Notes under the pieces: model-generated
The model's input: the letters and a program-made list of their open reading frames with translations, nothing else
Databases searched by the model: none
What the model was told of the DNA's origin: nothing
Made by a program: the position numbers and the translations under genes
In this document: in pieces, positions 39,550 to 48,511 of the stretch
How the letters are laid out: each line of letters begins with the position of its first letter
Position numbering within the stretch: position 1 is the first letter of the stretch
DNA from: a candidate division FCPU426 bacterium
GTDB lineage: Bacteria; Oederibacteriota; Muellerivitia; Muellerivitales; Muellerivitaceae
Length of the DNA: 64,000 nucleotides
Assembly (NCBI GenBank): GCA_963738405.1
Contig: CAVTWJ010000002.1
Coordinates: 32,001 to 96,000 of the forward strand
Reading direction: 5' to 3'

Positions 39550-39912
39550 TTACTTTTTCGGCGCGTTTGCCTTGGCCACTTCAACAATCTGGGCGAAAGC
39601 CTTGGGGTCGGTAAGCGCCAGATCCGATAGGATCTTGCGGTCCAGATCGACCGATGCTTTCTTTAAACCCGCCATGAATTGGCTATAGGACATCCCGTGC
39701 TCGCGCGCAGCGGCGTTGAGGCGGGTAATCCAGAGGCGACGGAATTCCCTCTTGCGGGCCTTGCGGTCCCGAAAGGCGTAATTCCCCGAGCGTTTGGAAG
39801 CTTCCCGAACCGTACGGTACTGCCGGCTCTTGGCTCCAAAATAGCCCTTGGTCAGCTTGAAAAACTTCTTCTTACGTTTTCTCTTCGCGACTGCGCGTTT
39901 AATGCGTGCCAT
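39550..39912 (-). CDS. rplT: 50S ribosomal protein L20
   Basis: MARIKR...KREFRRLWITRLNAA...DRKILSDLA. Confidence 0.98.
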   Translation of the reverse strand: MARIKRAVAKRKRKKKFFKLTKGYFGAKSRQYRTVREASKRSGNYAFRDRKARKREFRRLWITRLNAAAREHGMSYSQFMAGLKKASVDLDRKILSDLALTDPKAFAQIVEVAKANAPKK

Positions 39913-39928
39913 AGTTCTCTCCGGTTAT

Positions 39929-40135
39929 TTAAATCTGAATCATCCGTTTGATGCGGAAGGTGTGGGTTTTGCCCAAAACGGGCTGGCCTTTTAAATGGCG
40001 CTTGCGCTTGCGGGATTTATGGGCGAGCAAATGGCCGCGGCCCGTTTGCTTTTTCACCATAATTTTTCCCGTTCCCGTCACCTTAAAGCGCTTGAGAATG
40101 CTCTTTTTGGTTTTGAATCCCTTACCCATTTTCAC
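39929..40135 (-). CDS. rpmI: 50S ribosomal protein L35
   Basis: KTKK...KRFKVTGTGK...HLLAHKSRKRKRHL; synteny with infC and rplT. Confidence 0.96.
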   Translation of the reverse strand: MKMGKGFKTKKSILKRFKVTGTGKIMVKKQTGRGHLLAHKSRKRKRHLKGQPVLGKTHTFRIKRMIQI

Positions 40136-40688
40136 CTTCCTTGATTTCTGGAGTTTCTTTCCCGCCCGGTTTCATAGGCTTGGGATTAAAGTAAGCGATG
40201 ATCTGCATCCCCTCATCCTTAGGCGGGGCTTCCAAATCCCCCACTTCCGCCAAGTCTTCCAAAACCCGGTCCATGAGCTGGCGTCCCAAATCCTTGTGGC
40301 TCATTTCCCGGCCCCTAAAAATCAACGCGACCTTCACCTTGTCGCCGTGTTCAAAAAAGTTCCAGGCCATTTTCAGTTTGGTCTGGTAATCATGCTCGTC
40401 AATTTTGGGCCGAATCTTGAGTTCTTTCACCTTCATGACCCGCTGTTTTTTAGAGGCTTCCTTGTCGCGCTTACGCTGCGCGTACCGGAACTTACCATAG
40501 TTCATAATTTTGCAGACGGGCGGCACTCCGTCAGGGGCGATCTCCACCAAATCCAAAGCCTTTTCCCGGGCGATGGTCTGCGCCTTGGCCAAATCCACAA
40601 TGCCTAACTGCTCTCCCGCGTCCCCAATCAAACGGACCTGCCGGGCCCGGATTTGATGGTTGATCTTTAATTCTTTTTGCGAAGAAAT
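40122..40688 (-). CDS. infC: Translation initiation factor IF-3 (ATT start)
   Basis: In-frame ATT at 40688 after GGAGG; INHQIRA..VRLI, LDLVEI, KIMNYGKFRY. Confidence 0.96.
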   Translation of the reverse strand: MSSQKELKINHQIRARQVRLIGDAGEQLGIVDLAKAQTIAREKALDLVEIAPDGVPPVCKIMNYGKFRYAQRKRDKEASKKQRVMKVKELKIRPKIDEHDYQTKLKMAWNFFEHGDKVKVALIFRGREMSHKDLGRQLMDRVLEDLAEVGDLEAPPKDEGMQIIAYFNPKPMKPGGKETPEIKEGENG

Positions 40689-40711
40689 AGAAACGACCTC
40701 CTGTTTAAAAT

Positions 40712-40828
40712 AAAAAAGGACGAAGCCATAGGGCCCCGTCCTGGTCCATTCAAAGCAAAGCTTGAGTGATGACTCGAACCCTTTCGCGCCCTGAAGGGCT
40801 GGGGGTGAGGAGACGGAATCCCCTGCTT
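40712..40828 (-). ncRNA. Ribosomal protein L20 leader-like RNA
   Basis: AAGCAGGGGATTCCGTCTCCTCACC 5' hairpin; CCGTC/GACGG complementarity; terminator GGACGGGGCC..GGCTTCGTCCTTTTTT; upstream of infC-rpmI-rplT. Confidence 0.7.
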
Positions 40829-40879
40829 GAGGGAAGAATCCTACCCACAGCCTATTTCTTTGTCAAAGCTTTTCTGGGG

Positions 40880-42712
40880 TTAATCAGCCGTCGGCAGGTC
40901 GATGTCGGCAAAATTATCCATGATTCGCTCGCCGACCATCTTTCCCAGAATCTTCAAGGCCTGTTGTTTCGGAAACTGCGCCTGTTTCTCCACCGCGTAA
41001 CGCCGCCAAGTGACGGTGCCATCCTTCACTTCGTTGGCCCCCACGATCCAGATGTTGGGAATCTTTTTCGTGATGGCGTTTCGCACCTTTTTTGAGAAGG
41101 AATCGTTAGAAGTGTCCACATCACACCGAAGCATTTTCCCCCGCAGGCTCTCGGCGATTTCCCGGGCGTAGCCCATGAAATCTTCCGCCACCGGGACAAT
41201 CCTCACTTGAAGGGGCGACAACCAGGAGGGAAAGGCCCCGCCCCATCTTTCAATTAAAAAAGAGATAAACCGCTCGTGGGTTCCCAGCGGGGCCCGATGG
41301 ATGATAAAGGGGCGCTGTTTGGATCCGTCGGAAGCGGTGTATTCGAGCTGAAACCGCTCCGGAGAAGTGAAATCAAGCTGAACGGTTGCCGCCGTTTCCT
41401 CCCGGCCCAATACGTTTTCGGTTTGGTAATCAATTTTTGGTCCGTAGAAAGCGGCCTCACCCGCCACCTCCTCGTATTCCACGTTCAATTCTTTCAACAC
41501 GTCCCGCAGGATATTTTCGGTGTCGCTCCAAAGTTCCTCGTTGCCGACAAACTTGTCCTTATCCTGGTCATGGAGGGAGAGTCGAACCCAAATCTTGTCC
41601 ATGCGAAACTTTTCAAAGTAGAACTTGTGCATGGCCACAACCTTCTTGATTTCATCCTTGATCTGATCGCGTGTCAGGTAAATATGAGCGTCGTTCATAG
41701 CCAGGCCCCTGACCCGAAGCAGGCCAGCCAGTTGGCCGGATTTTTCAAAGCGGTAAACCGTGCCGTATTCGGCCAATCGCAGGGGCAATTCCCGGTAACT
41801 GCGGGGGCGGCTCAAATAGATCATGTGGTGATGAGGACAGTTCATGGGCTTGAGGTAAAACTCTTCCGTCGGGGAGTCCGGGTCCTTTTCCACGCTGCGC
41901 ATGGGGGGGAACATGGCGTCCTTGTAAAGTTTTAGATGGCCCGAAAGCTTGTAAAGTTCACCGTTGGCGATGTGAGGCGTCGCCACCCGGTCGTATCCAT
42001 CCTTGAACTCCATTTCCTTGGCGAACTTTTCCAACTCTTCCCGGATGACCGTGCCGTTGGGAAGCCAGAGGGGCAGACCCTTCCCCACCCGCTCATCAAT
42101 GGTAAAAAGTTCCAGTTCCTGGCCCAATTTGCGGTGATCCCGCTTCAAAGCCAGTTCTCGATTTTTGATAAATTCCTTCAGTTCGGATTCGCTGGGAAAA
42201 CAAAGGCCGTAAATTCGGGTCAGCATGGGCTTGGAAGAATCGCCCCGCCAGTAGCTGCCAGCGATGGAATCGAGCTTGAACGACATCACGGGAATCTGGG
42301 AAGTGTTTTCCACATGGGGGCCTTCGCACATGTCCACAAAAGGGCCGCTGGTGTAAAAACTCAGGTTCTCCCCCGCCTTGATCAATTCTTGGGCATATTC
42401 CACTTTCAAGGATTGTCCCATCTTGGACAGTTTTTCGAGGGCTTGTTCCTTGGGCAGGTCCTCGCGCTGGAAAATTTCCTTTTCCTGGATAATTTTGCGC
42501 ATGCGTTTTTCGATATCGGGCAAATCGGATTCGGTCAGGGGTTCTTCCAAGAGAAAGTCGTAATAGAAACCCGTGCGGATGGGGGGGCCAAAACCCAGCT
42601 GGGCCTTGGGACGCACCTGGAGCACGGCTTGGGCCAGGATATGAGCCATGGAATGGCGCATTTTGAAAAGACCTTCATCCATGCGATGTTTCGGTTCGTA
42701 TTTATCGGACAT
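40880..42712 (-). CDS. thrS: Threonyl-tRNA synthetase
   Basis: RHSMAH, DMCEGPH, RDHRKLG, LKPMNCPHH, AAFYGPKID. Confidence 0.98.
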   Translation of the reverse strand: MSDKYEPKHRMDEGLFKMRHSMAHILAQAVLQVRPKAQLGFGPPIRTGFYYDFLLEEPLTESDLPDIEKRMRKIIQEKEIFQREDLPKEQALEKLSKMGQSLKVEYAQELIKAGENLSFYTSGPFVDMCEGPHVENTSQIPVMSFKLDSIAGSYWRGDSSKPMLTRIYGLCFPSESELKEFIKNRELALKRDHRKLGQELELFTIDERVGKGLPLWLPNGTVIREELEKFAKEMEFKDGYDRVATPHIANGELYKLSGHLKLYKDAMFPPMRSVEKDPDSPTEEFYLKPMNCPHHHMIYLSRPRSYRELPLRLAEYGTVYRFEKSGQLAGLLRVRGLAMNDAHIYLTRDQIKDEIKKVVAMHKFYFEKFRMDKIWVRLSLHDQDKDKFVGNEELWSDTENILRDVLKELNVEYEEVAGEAAFYGPKIDYQTENVLGREETAATVQLDFTSPERFQLEYTASDGSKQRPFIIHRAPLGTHERFISFLIERWGGAFPSWLSPLQVRIVPVAEDFMGYAREIAESLRGKMLRCDVDTSNDSFSKKVRNAITKKIPNIWIVGANEVKDGTVTWRRYAVEKQAQFPKQQALKILGKMVGERIMDNFADIDLPTAD

Positions 42713-42777
42713 TGGTGTTCCTAACGGACATTCACGAGGTGGGACTTATCATGAATTTCGACTCTCGCGGAGAAAAA

Positions 42778-42854
42778 TGGTGGGCGTAACTGGACTCGAA
42801 CCAGTGACCCCTTCCATGTCAAGGAAGTACTCTAACCAGCTGAGCTATACGCCC
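42778..42854 (-). tRNA. tRNA-Val(GAC)
   Basis: Cloverleaf; anticodon arm CTTCC-TTGACAT-GGAAG; GGTTCGAGTCC; encoded CCA. Confidence 0.96.
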
Positions 42855-42959
42855 ATCAACCCGCAAGAAGGTATTTTATCCATCCTATCCCTAAGCGCCA
42901 AGGCGGGGGAAGGAGGAGAAAGATTTTATCCCAGAGAGGCTTACTGTCTAGTTTTTAAT

Positions 42960-43511
42960 TTATCGAAAAATCGCAAGCCGATCCTTGACCTCAGCAAAAG
43001 AGGGTGCCTTTCGGTCCTTGTCAGAAAGGAAGATCGGGCGTTGGGGCCACTGGATGGCAAGATCTGGATCGTCCCATCGGACCCCCAATTCCCCTTCAGG
43101 ATGGTAATAATCGCTCGACTTGTAGACCACCTGGGCCGTTTCGCTTAAAACCAGAAACCCATGCAGGAACCCAATGGGGAGATAAAGTTGAAACCCATTT
43201 GGGGCCGAAAGGATCTGACCCACCCATTTCCCGAATGTCGGCGATGAGGGCCTGGCATCCACTGCCACGTCAAATATTTCGCCTTCCGCGACCCGGATGA
43301 TCTTGGATTGGGCATGGGGTGACTGAGCGTGAAGCCCTCTCAAGGTTCCCAATCGGGAGGAAGAATGGCTGTCCTGCACGAATTCTTCTGATATTCCAAG
43401 TTCCCGATACTTTTCCCGATGATAGGCTTCGAGAAAAAAACCACGTTCATCACGAAACACTTCCGGTTCGACACGCAGAAGTCTGGTAATCCCCAGGGGA
43501 GTCGCTTTCAT
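42960..43511 (-). CDS. rfbC: dTDP-4-dehydrorhamnose 3,5-epimerase
   Basis: VFRDERGFFLE, GTLRGLH, IFDVAVD, FLHGF. Confidence 0.95.
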   Translation of the reverse strand: MKATPLGITRLLRVEPEVFRDERGFFLEAYHREKYRELGISEEFVQDSHSSSRLGTLRGLHAQSPHAQSKIIRVAEGEIFDVAVDARPSSPTFGKWVGQILSAPNGFQLYLPIGFLHGFLVLSETAQVVYKSSDYYHPEGELGVRWDDPDLAIQWPQRPIFLSDKDRKAPSFAEVKDRLAIFR

Positions 43512-43513
43512 TC

Positions 43514-44386
43514 TCAGTCCCTTTGACGAAGAATCGAAAGAAGATAATCCGAGTAACCGCTGGGCTGTATCTTTTGGGCGATCCTCTTGATGTCCTCTTC
43601 CGATATCCAATTATTTTTGAGGGCGATTTCCTCAGGACAAGCCACTTTCAAACCCTGCCGATCCTCAATGGTTTGGATGAATGTGGACGCCTGCAAGAGA
43701 GATTCGGGGGTCCCCGTGTCCAGCCAAGCGATACCCCGCCCGAAGGTTTCTACCTTAAGGTTTCCCTTTTTTAGATAGGCCGCGTTTAAATCGGTGATTT
43801 CCAATTCGCCCCGCCGGGAAGGCGTGAGCTTTTCCGTTTCCGCAACGACATTCCGATCATAAAAGTAAAGGCCTGTTACGGCATAGGAGGATTTGGGTTT
43901 GGAAGGTTTCTCTTCAATCGAAAGGGCCTTTCCCTGGCCGTCAAACTCCACCACTCCGTATCTTTCAGGATCCTTGACCCAATAGGCAAACACCGTCGCA
44001 CCTTCGGTTCGGCCGCTGGCCCGGCGGAGATATTCGATGAGGCCTCCCCCATAAAAGATGTTGTCTCCAAGAATCAGGACTGCGGGTTTCCCCCCCAGAA
44101 ACTCCCTCCCTATTAAGAAAGCCTGAGCGATACCATTAGGTTTTTCTTGGGCCGCATATTGGAAACGAACGCCCCAATCCGACCCATCGCCCAACAAGGC
44201 TTTGAAGCCCTGTTGGTCCTCCGGGGTGGTAATGACGAGAATTTCCCGGATACCCGCCAGCATCAGGACCGAGAGCGGGTAATAAATCATGGGTTTGTTG
44301 TAGACCGGCATCAATTGCTTGCTGACTGACCGGGTGAGGGGGTAAAGCCTTGTTCCCTTCCCGCCCGCTAAAATAATTCCCTTCAT
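43514..44386 (-). CDS. rfbA: Glucose-1-phosphate thymidylyltransferase
   Basis: [36 protein letters not shown]. Confidence 0.97.
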   Translation of the reverse strand: MKGIILAGGKGTRLYPLTRSVSKQLMPVYNKPMIYYPLSVLMLAGIREILVITTPEDQQGFKALLGDGSDWGVRFQYAAQEKPNGIAQAFLIGREFLGGKPAVLILGDNIFYGGGLIEYLRRASGRTEGATVFAYWVKDPERYGVVEFDGQGKALSIEEKPSKPKSSYAVTGLYFYDRNVVAETEKLTPSRRGELEITDLNAAYLKKGNLKVETFGRGIAWLDTGTPESLLQASTFIQTIEDRQGLKVACPEEIALKNNWISEEDIKRIAQKIQPSGYSDYLLSILRQRD

Positions 44387-45480
44387 GATTTTTTATCCTT
44401 CCGGGCCAGGCCCAATCTTTCGCGCTTGTAGTTATTTTTCTGAACCGCATGACACCAATCCAAATGGTTCAAATACCAACGAACCGAGGCCTGGAGCCCG
44501 GGCCCAATCTCCCACTTTGGTTTCCAACCCAGTTCACGCCGGATTTTGCGGTCATCAATGGCGTAGCGGTGGTCATGGCCCGGCCGATCAGCAACGAAGG
44601 TCATTAAAGCCTCATACCCCCGAATCCCCTTCTTTAAAAGGCTAGCATTTCCCCTTGCGGGGAACTGGGTCTCAAGGCATCCGCATAGGTTCTTAACCAA
44701 ATTCAAGTTGGTAATCTCGTTGCCCCCGCCCATATTATAGGTTTCTCCAGGCTTTCCCTTTTGAGCCACAAGATCAAGAGCCGCGCAATGGTCTTCCACG
44801 TGAATCCAGTCTCTCACATTGCTGCCCTTCCCATAGATAGGAAGGTTTTTCCCTTCGAGAGCGTTGAGAAGTGTTAAGGGAATAAGTTTTTCCGGAAATT
44901 GGAAGGGACCGTAATTATTTGAGCAATGGGTTGTCAGGACGGGCAACCCGTGCGTTTGAAAATAGGCTCTTCCCAGATAATCCGCCCCCGCCTTGGTGGC
45001 CGAATAGGGGGAGTTGGGAGCGTAGGGAGTTTCCTCTTTAAAGTACCCCTTCGGCCCTAGAGACCCATAAACCTCGTCGGTAGAAACCAGTACAAATCGA
45101 AAGGTGGATTTCATCCCAGGCGCGGCCAAAAGCATTTGGCGGGAGGCTTCTAAAAGTTCAAAGGTTCCCAATACATTGGTCTGGACAAAGGCCCTTGCCC
45201 CGTCAATCGATCGGTCCACATGGCTTTCAGCGGCCAAATGGAAAAGCCAATCAGGCTTAAATTGCCTGAAAATTTTCGCCACCAAGGCCCCGTCAGCGAT
45301 ATCACCCTTGACGAAATGGAAGGTGGAATTCTTTCGGGGGTCTTTCAGGTTAAGCAAATTCCCGGCGTAGGTCAGTTTGTCGAGAACCACCACCCTCGAA
45401 GTGCGGTACTTTCGGAGAAGATGGGCTGTCAGGTTGGCGCCGATGAACCCCGCGCCTCCCGTCACAAGAATAGTTTTCAA
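44383..45480 (-). CDS. rfbB: dTDP-glucose 4,6-dehydratase
   Basis: [30 protein letters not shown]. Confidence 0.97.
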   Translation of the reverse strand: MKTILVTGGAGFIGANLTAHLLRKYRTSRVVVLDKLTYAGNLLNLKDPRKNSTFHFVKGDIADGALVAKIFRQFKPDWLFHLAAESHVDRSIDGARAFVQTNVLGTFELLEASRQMLLAAPGMKSTFRFVLVSTDEVYGSLGPKGYFKEETPYAPNSPYSATKAGADYLGRAYFQTHGLPVLTTHCSNNYGPFQFPEKLIPLTLLNALEGKNLPIYGKGSNVRDWIHVEDHCAALDLVAQKGKPGETYNMGGGNEITNLNLVKNLCGCLETQFPARGNASLLKKGIRGYEALMTFVADRPGHDHRYAIDDRKIRRELGWKPKWEIGPGLQASVRWYLNHLDWCHAVQKNNYKRERLGLARKDKKS

Positions 45481-45541
45481 TCCGTTTCCTTTGCCGAAGA
45501 ATGATTCCAGTATAAGTCCATTTTAAGCATGGATGCCATTT

Positions 45542-47098
45542 TCAACCCCGATGGGAAGGTTTCAAAAGATCAAAAACCGTTTTTACGGGATGAAAAGTTT
45601 CTAATGGGATCTCCACAAAAAAGGTGAGCCAATGGGCCATGGCGCCGTTCCAGAGGCCTGGCCGCTCCAAAGCCCTGATTTCCTTTCCGCGCCAGGATTT
45701 ACGGCTGAGAAACACGGTTTGGGGATCCACAAAGAGGGTTAAGTCGAAAGGTTTTCCAGAATCATCCCGAAGCGCACAAGCCATATCCACGGGATTAAAG
45801 TGCGTCGAACGACGAAAAATATCCGCCTGAGCCGGATTTCCTATATCCACTTGAGAACTTTCTACGATTTGGAGCGAGGTGCCTCCCCTTCCGTTTCGAA
45901 CCCAAAAGGGTCCTCCTCCAGGCTCCCCAGTGTTGGGGACAACCCCGCAAACTCTCAAGGGCCTATTCAAAAAAGTACGGAGCGCGCTTTTTAAATCACT
46001 CCCTGCTTCGGCGGGTTTCGGGATCACCGTTTTCCACTCCCGATGGATATGACCCCTAAGATCTTCCATCTCTTTTTCAGTCATGGGTTGGTTTTCCAAC
46101 TCCTTCAACCATTGATCCGCTTGTGTTTTTAATTGAATCAAAAGGCCGCCTAAAACCCTTTCCCAGTGGAGGGACGCAGAGCAATGGGTTTGGGAAGCCA
46201 CGTTATCGATGTTTTTGATGAATAGAAAAGGCGTCCTTGTTTCCGGAAAATTTTCAATCAGGGACCCGTGACCGCCCGGCCTAAAAATAAGTTGTCCCCG
46301 TTCATCCCGGAGGGGCCGCTGCCGCTCATCCAGGGAGAGGGTATCGGTCGAGGTTTTTTGAAAGGAAAAAATAATGTCAAACCGGCCCGCGCCCTTTTTT
46401 TCCATCATCGCGCGGAGATCTGCAATGTGCCGTTTGAACGCCTCCTCATGGCTGGGGGAAATCGTGAAATGGAGGCGGCTGGTTCCCTCCGCGTCCCGGA
46501 CCAAAAGAGAAGCTTCGATCAAATGTTCGGCAACTGGAGTTCGAGCCTCTTCCTCATAACGATGAAAGGGCACCAAGCCTTTCGGTCTTTCCGAATAATT
46601 CAGACCGCTTTCCAGCAGGAGGCATTGGAGAATCTCATGGTAATTCCCCTCCCTCAGCAAAAGGGCCAAGTCCATCCCGTTGGACCTGAGGGCCGCTTCC
46701 AGTTCCATGTAAAATCCCGTGGAATGGATGTGATCGAAAAATTCCAGGAGTTTTTTTTGTTCCGTCTTGCCTTCGGAGGATCTTTTGATCAGTTCCCCGC
46801 GGGTCACATTGAATTCATTGAGGGCCTTTAACATATCGAAAAACATCCGGGAAGCCGCGCCAGAAGAAGGGACGAATTTCTCAAAAAGGCCTTGAAGACG
46901 GCTCCCCTCAAACAATTCGAGGGCTTTTTCTTGTTCCGGTAGGGATAGTTTAAGGATTCCGTCCCCGACCGTCGCGGGACGGTCCAATTGGGGAGGCGGG
47001 GGAGGGGATAAGAGCAGAGCCATTTGGCGGTCTGCTTCCACGGCAGTAATCCCCTTTTTTCCCATTTGTATCAAATCTTGGTCGTTCCAGGGTGCCAT
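45542..47098 (-). CDS. DUF4301 family protein
   Basis: KFVPSSGAASRMF, FRPGGHGSLI, GEPGGGPF, PGLWNGAM, PVKTVFDLL. Confidence 0.85.
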   Translation of the reverse strand: MAPWNDQDLIQMGKKGITAVEADRQMALLLSPPPPPQLDRPATVGDGILKLSLPEQEKALELFEGSRLQGLFEKFVPSSGAASRMFFDMLKALNEFNVTRGELIKRSSEGKTEQKKLLEFFDHIHSTGFYMELEAALRSNGMDLALLLREGNYHEILQCLLLESGLNYSERPKGLVPFHRYEEEARTPVAEHLIEASLLVRDAEGTSRLHFTISPSHEEAFKRHIADLRAMMEKKGAGRFDIIFSFQKTSTDTLSLDERQRPLRDERGQLIFRPGGHGSLIENFPETRTPFLFIKNIDNVASQTHCSASLHWERVLGGLLIQLKTQADQWLKELENQPMTEKEMEDLRGHIHREWKTVIPKPAEAGSDLKSALRTFLNRPLRVCGVVPNTGEPGGGPFWVRNGRGGTSLQIVESSQVDIGNPAQADIFRRSTHFNPVDMACALRDDSGKPFDLTLFVDPQTVFLSRKSWRGKEIRALERPGLWNGAMAHWLTFFVEIPLETFHPVKTVFDLLKPSHRG

Positions 47099-47135
47099 AA
47101 GCCCTCAGGGGAAAGGTTAGCAGGGGTATCAAAAA

Positions 47136-47211
47136 TGGAGGCGGCAGGCGGATTTGAACCGCCGAATCGCGGTTTTGCAGACCGCTCCCTTAACCACTTG
47201 GGTATGCCGCC
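47136..47211 (-). tRNA. tRNA-Cys(GCA)
   Basis: Anticodon arm GCGGT-CTGCAAA-ACCGC; GGTTCAAATCC; CCA. Confidence 0.96.
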
Positions 47212-47350
47212 CCTTGCCGTTCAACAAACCAACAAAAAGTTCCCGGTTGTTGCGGCGAAAACAAAACCGCCCACGCGGCCAAGGCATGGGCGGCTTGGGA
47301 AAACCGGGAATCGTCAATCGGCGGAATAGGCCCTCCGCCGGAGGAATGAA

Positions 47351-47425
<75 letters not shown>

Positions 47426-47591
47426 GCTGAACCAAGAACCCTAACTTTTCGCCCAAATCAGGGGTTTAGTTTTACCAAATCGACGGCCTCCATTTCAAGT
47501 TTTTAATACCCGCCCTAGGAGATGAAGAAGTTGATCTTTTAAGGAGATTTTTAATTAAGAGTGAAAGGGGGGCAAACTTGATCCGGAATGG

Positions 47592-48413
47592 CTAGTCTTT
47601 TTTCAGGCCGAGATCCTTCACCACCTGTTCAATGATGTCAGCGTCGATCGATTCCCGCTTGAGCAAATAGCCTTCCAACATGGCATTATCGCAGGTCGTG
47701 TTGATGAGGCGGGGAATCCCCTTGGTGTAATCGAAGATTTTCTGGTAGGCGTTGGGGGTAAAGAGGGCCTTGGAACAATCCGCGATCGCCAACCGGTGCT
47801 TGATATATTGCTCGGTGGTGTCCCGTGTCAGGGACTTCAGGAAAAACTTCATGGCCATGCGCTGATAAAGGGGAGGATCTAGGGCCAGGTACTTCTCCAA
47901 TTCAGGCAGGCCCAAAAGGACAATGGAAATCAGTTTCCGTCCTGGCACCTCCATGTTCAGGAGGCCGCGGAATTCCTCGAATATTTCTTTTTTCTGCAGC
48001 ATATTGGCTTCATCAATGAGAACCACGGCCTTTCGGCCTTCTTCGTGGATTTTCATCAGGCGCTCAAAAAGCTGGGAAATAATCTGGGCCTTGGTATCGC
48101 CGGGATTTTCAACGCCCAGTTGGTGGGAGATTTTTTTCAACATCCATTCGGCGGTGATTTCACTATGGACAATCACCAAAAGCGTGGCTTCGTATTGGGG
48201 ATCCTGCTCGAGTTTCTCAAGGGCCTTTCGGGCCAAGAGGGTCTTGCCCGCGCCGATATCGCCCACGACAACCGTCAAACCCTTCATGGTGTCAATGGCG
48301 TGAAGCATGCGGACCATCGCCTCGGCATGCTGGCTGCTTTCATAATAAAAACGGCTGTCAGGCGCGTTGGAAAAAGCCTGTTCTTTCAATCCGAAAAAAT
48401 TTTCGTAGCTCAT
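47592..48413 (-). CDS. ExeA/GspA-like AAA ATPase (stand-alone)
   Basis: YENFFGLKEQAFSNAPD, GDIGAGKT, LIDEA, GIPRLINTTCD. Confidence 0.9.
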   Translation of the reverse strand: MSYENFFGLKEQAFSNAPDSRFYYESSQHAEAMVRMLHAIDTMKGLTVVVGDIGAGKTLLARKALEKLEQDPQYEATLLVIVHSEITAEWMLKKISHQLGVENPGDTKAQIISQLFERLMKIHEEGRKAVVLIDEANMLQKKEIFEEFRGLLNMEVPGRKLISIVLLGLPELEKYLALDPPLYQRMAMKFFLKSLTRDTTEQYIKHRLAIADCSKALFTPNAYQKIFDYTKGIPRLINTTCDNAMLEGYLLKRESIDADIIEQVVKDLGLKKD

Positions 48414-48511
48414 GGGGTTCTCAAGTGGAAATCACTCAGCCTTTTTCATAGGAAAATGGTTCGAAAAAAACTCACCGGCCTGAAAAGGTCGCCGGGGCTG
48501 CCGTTTGAAAT

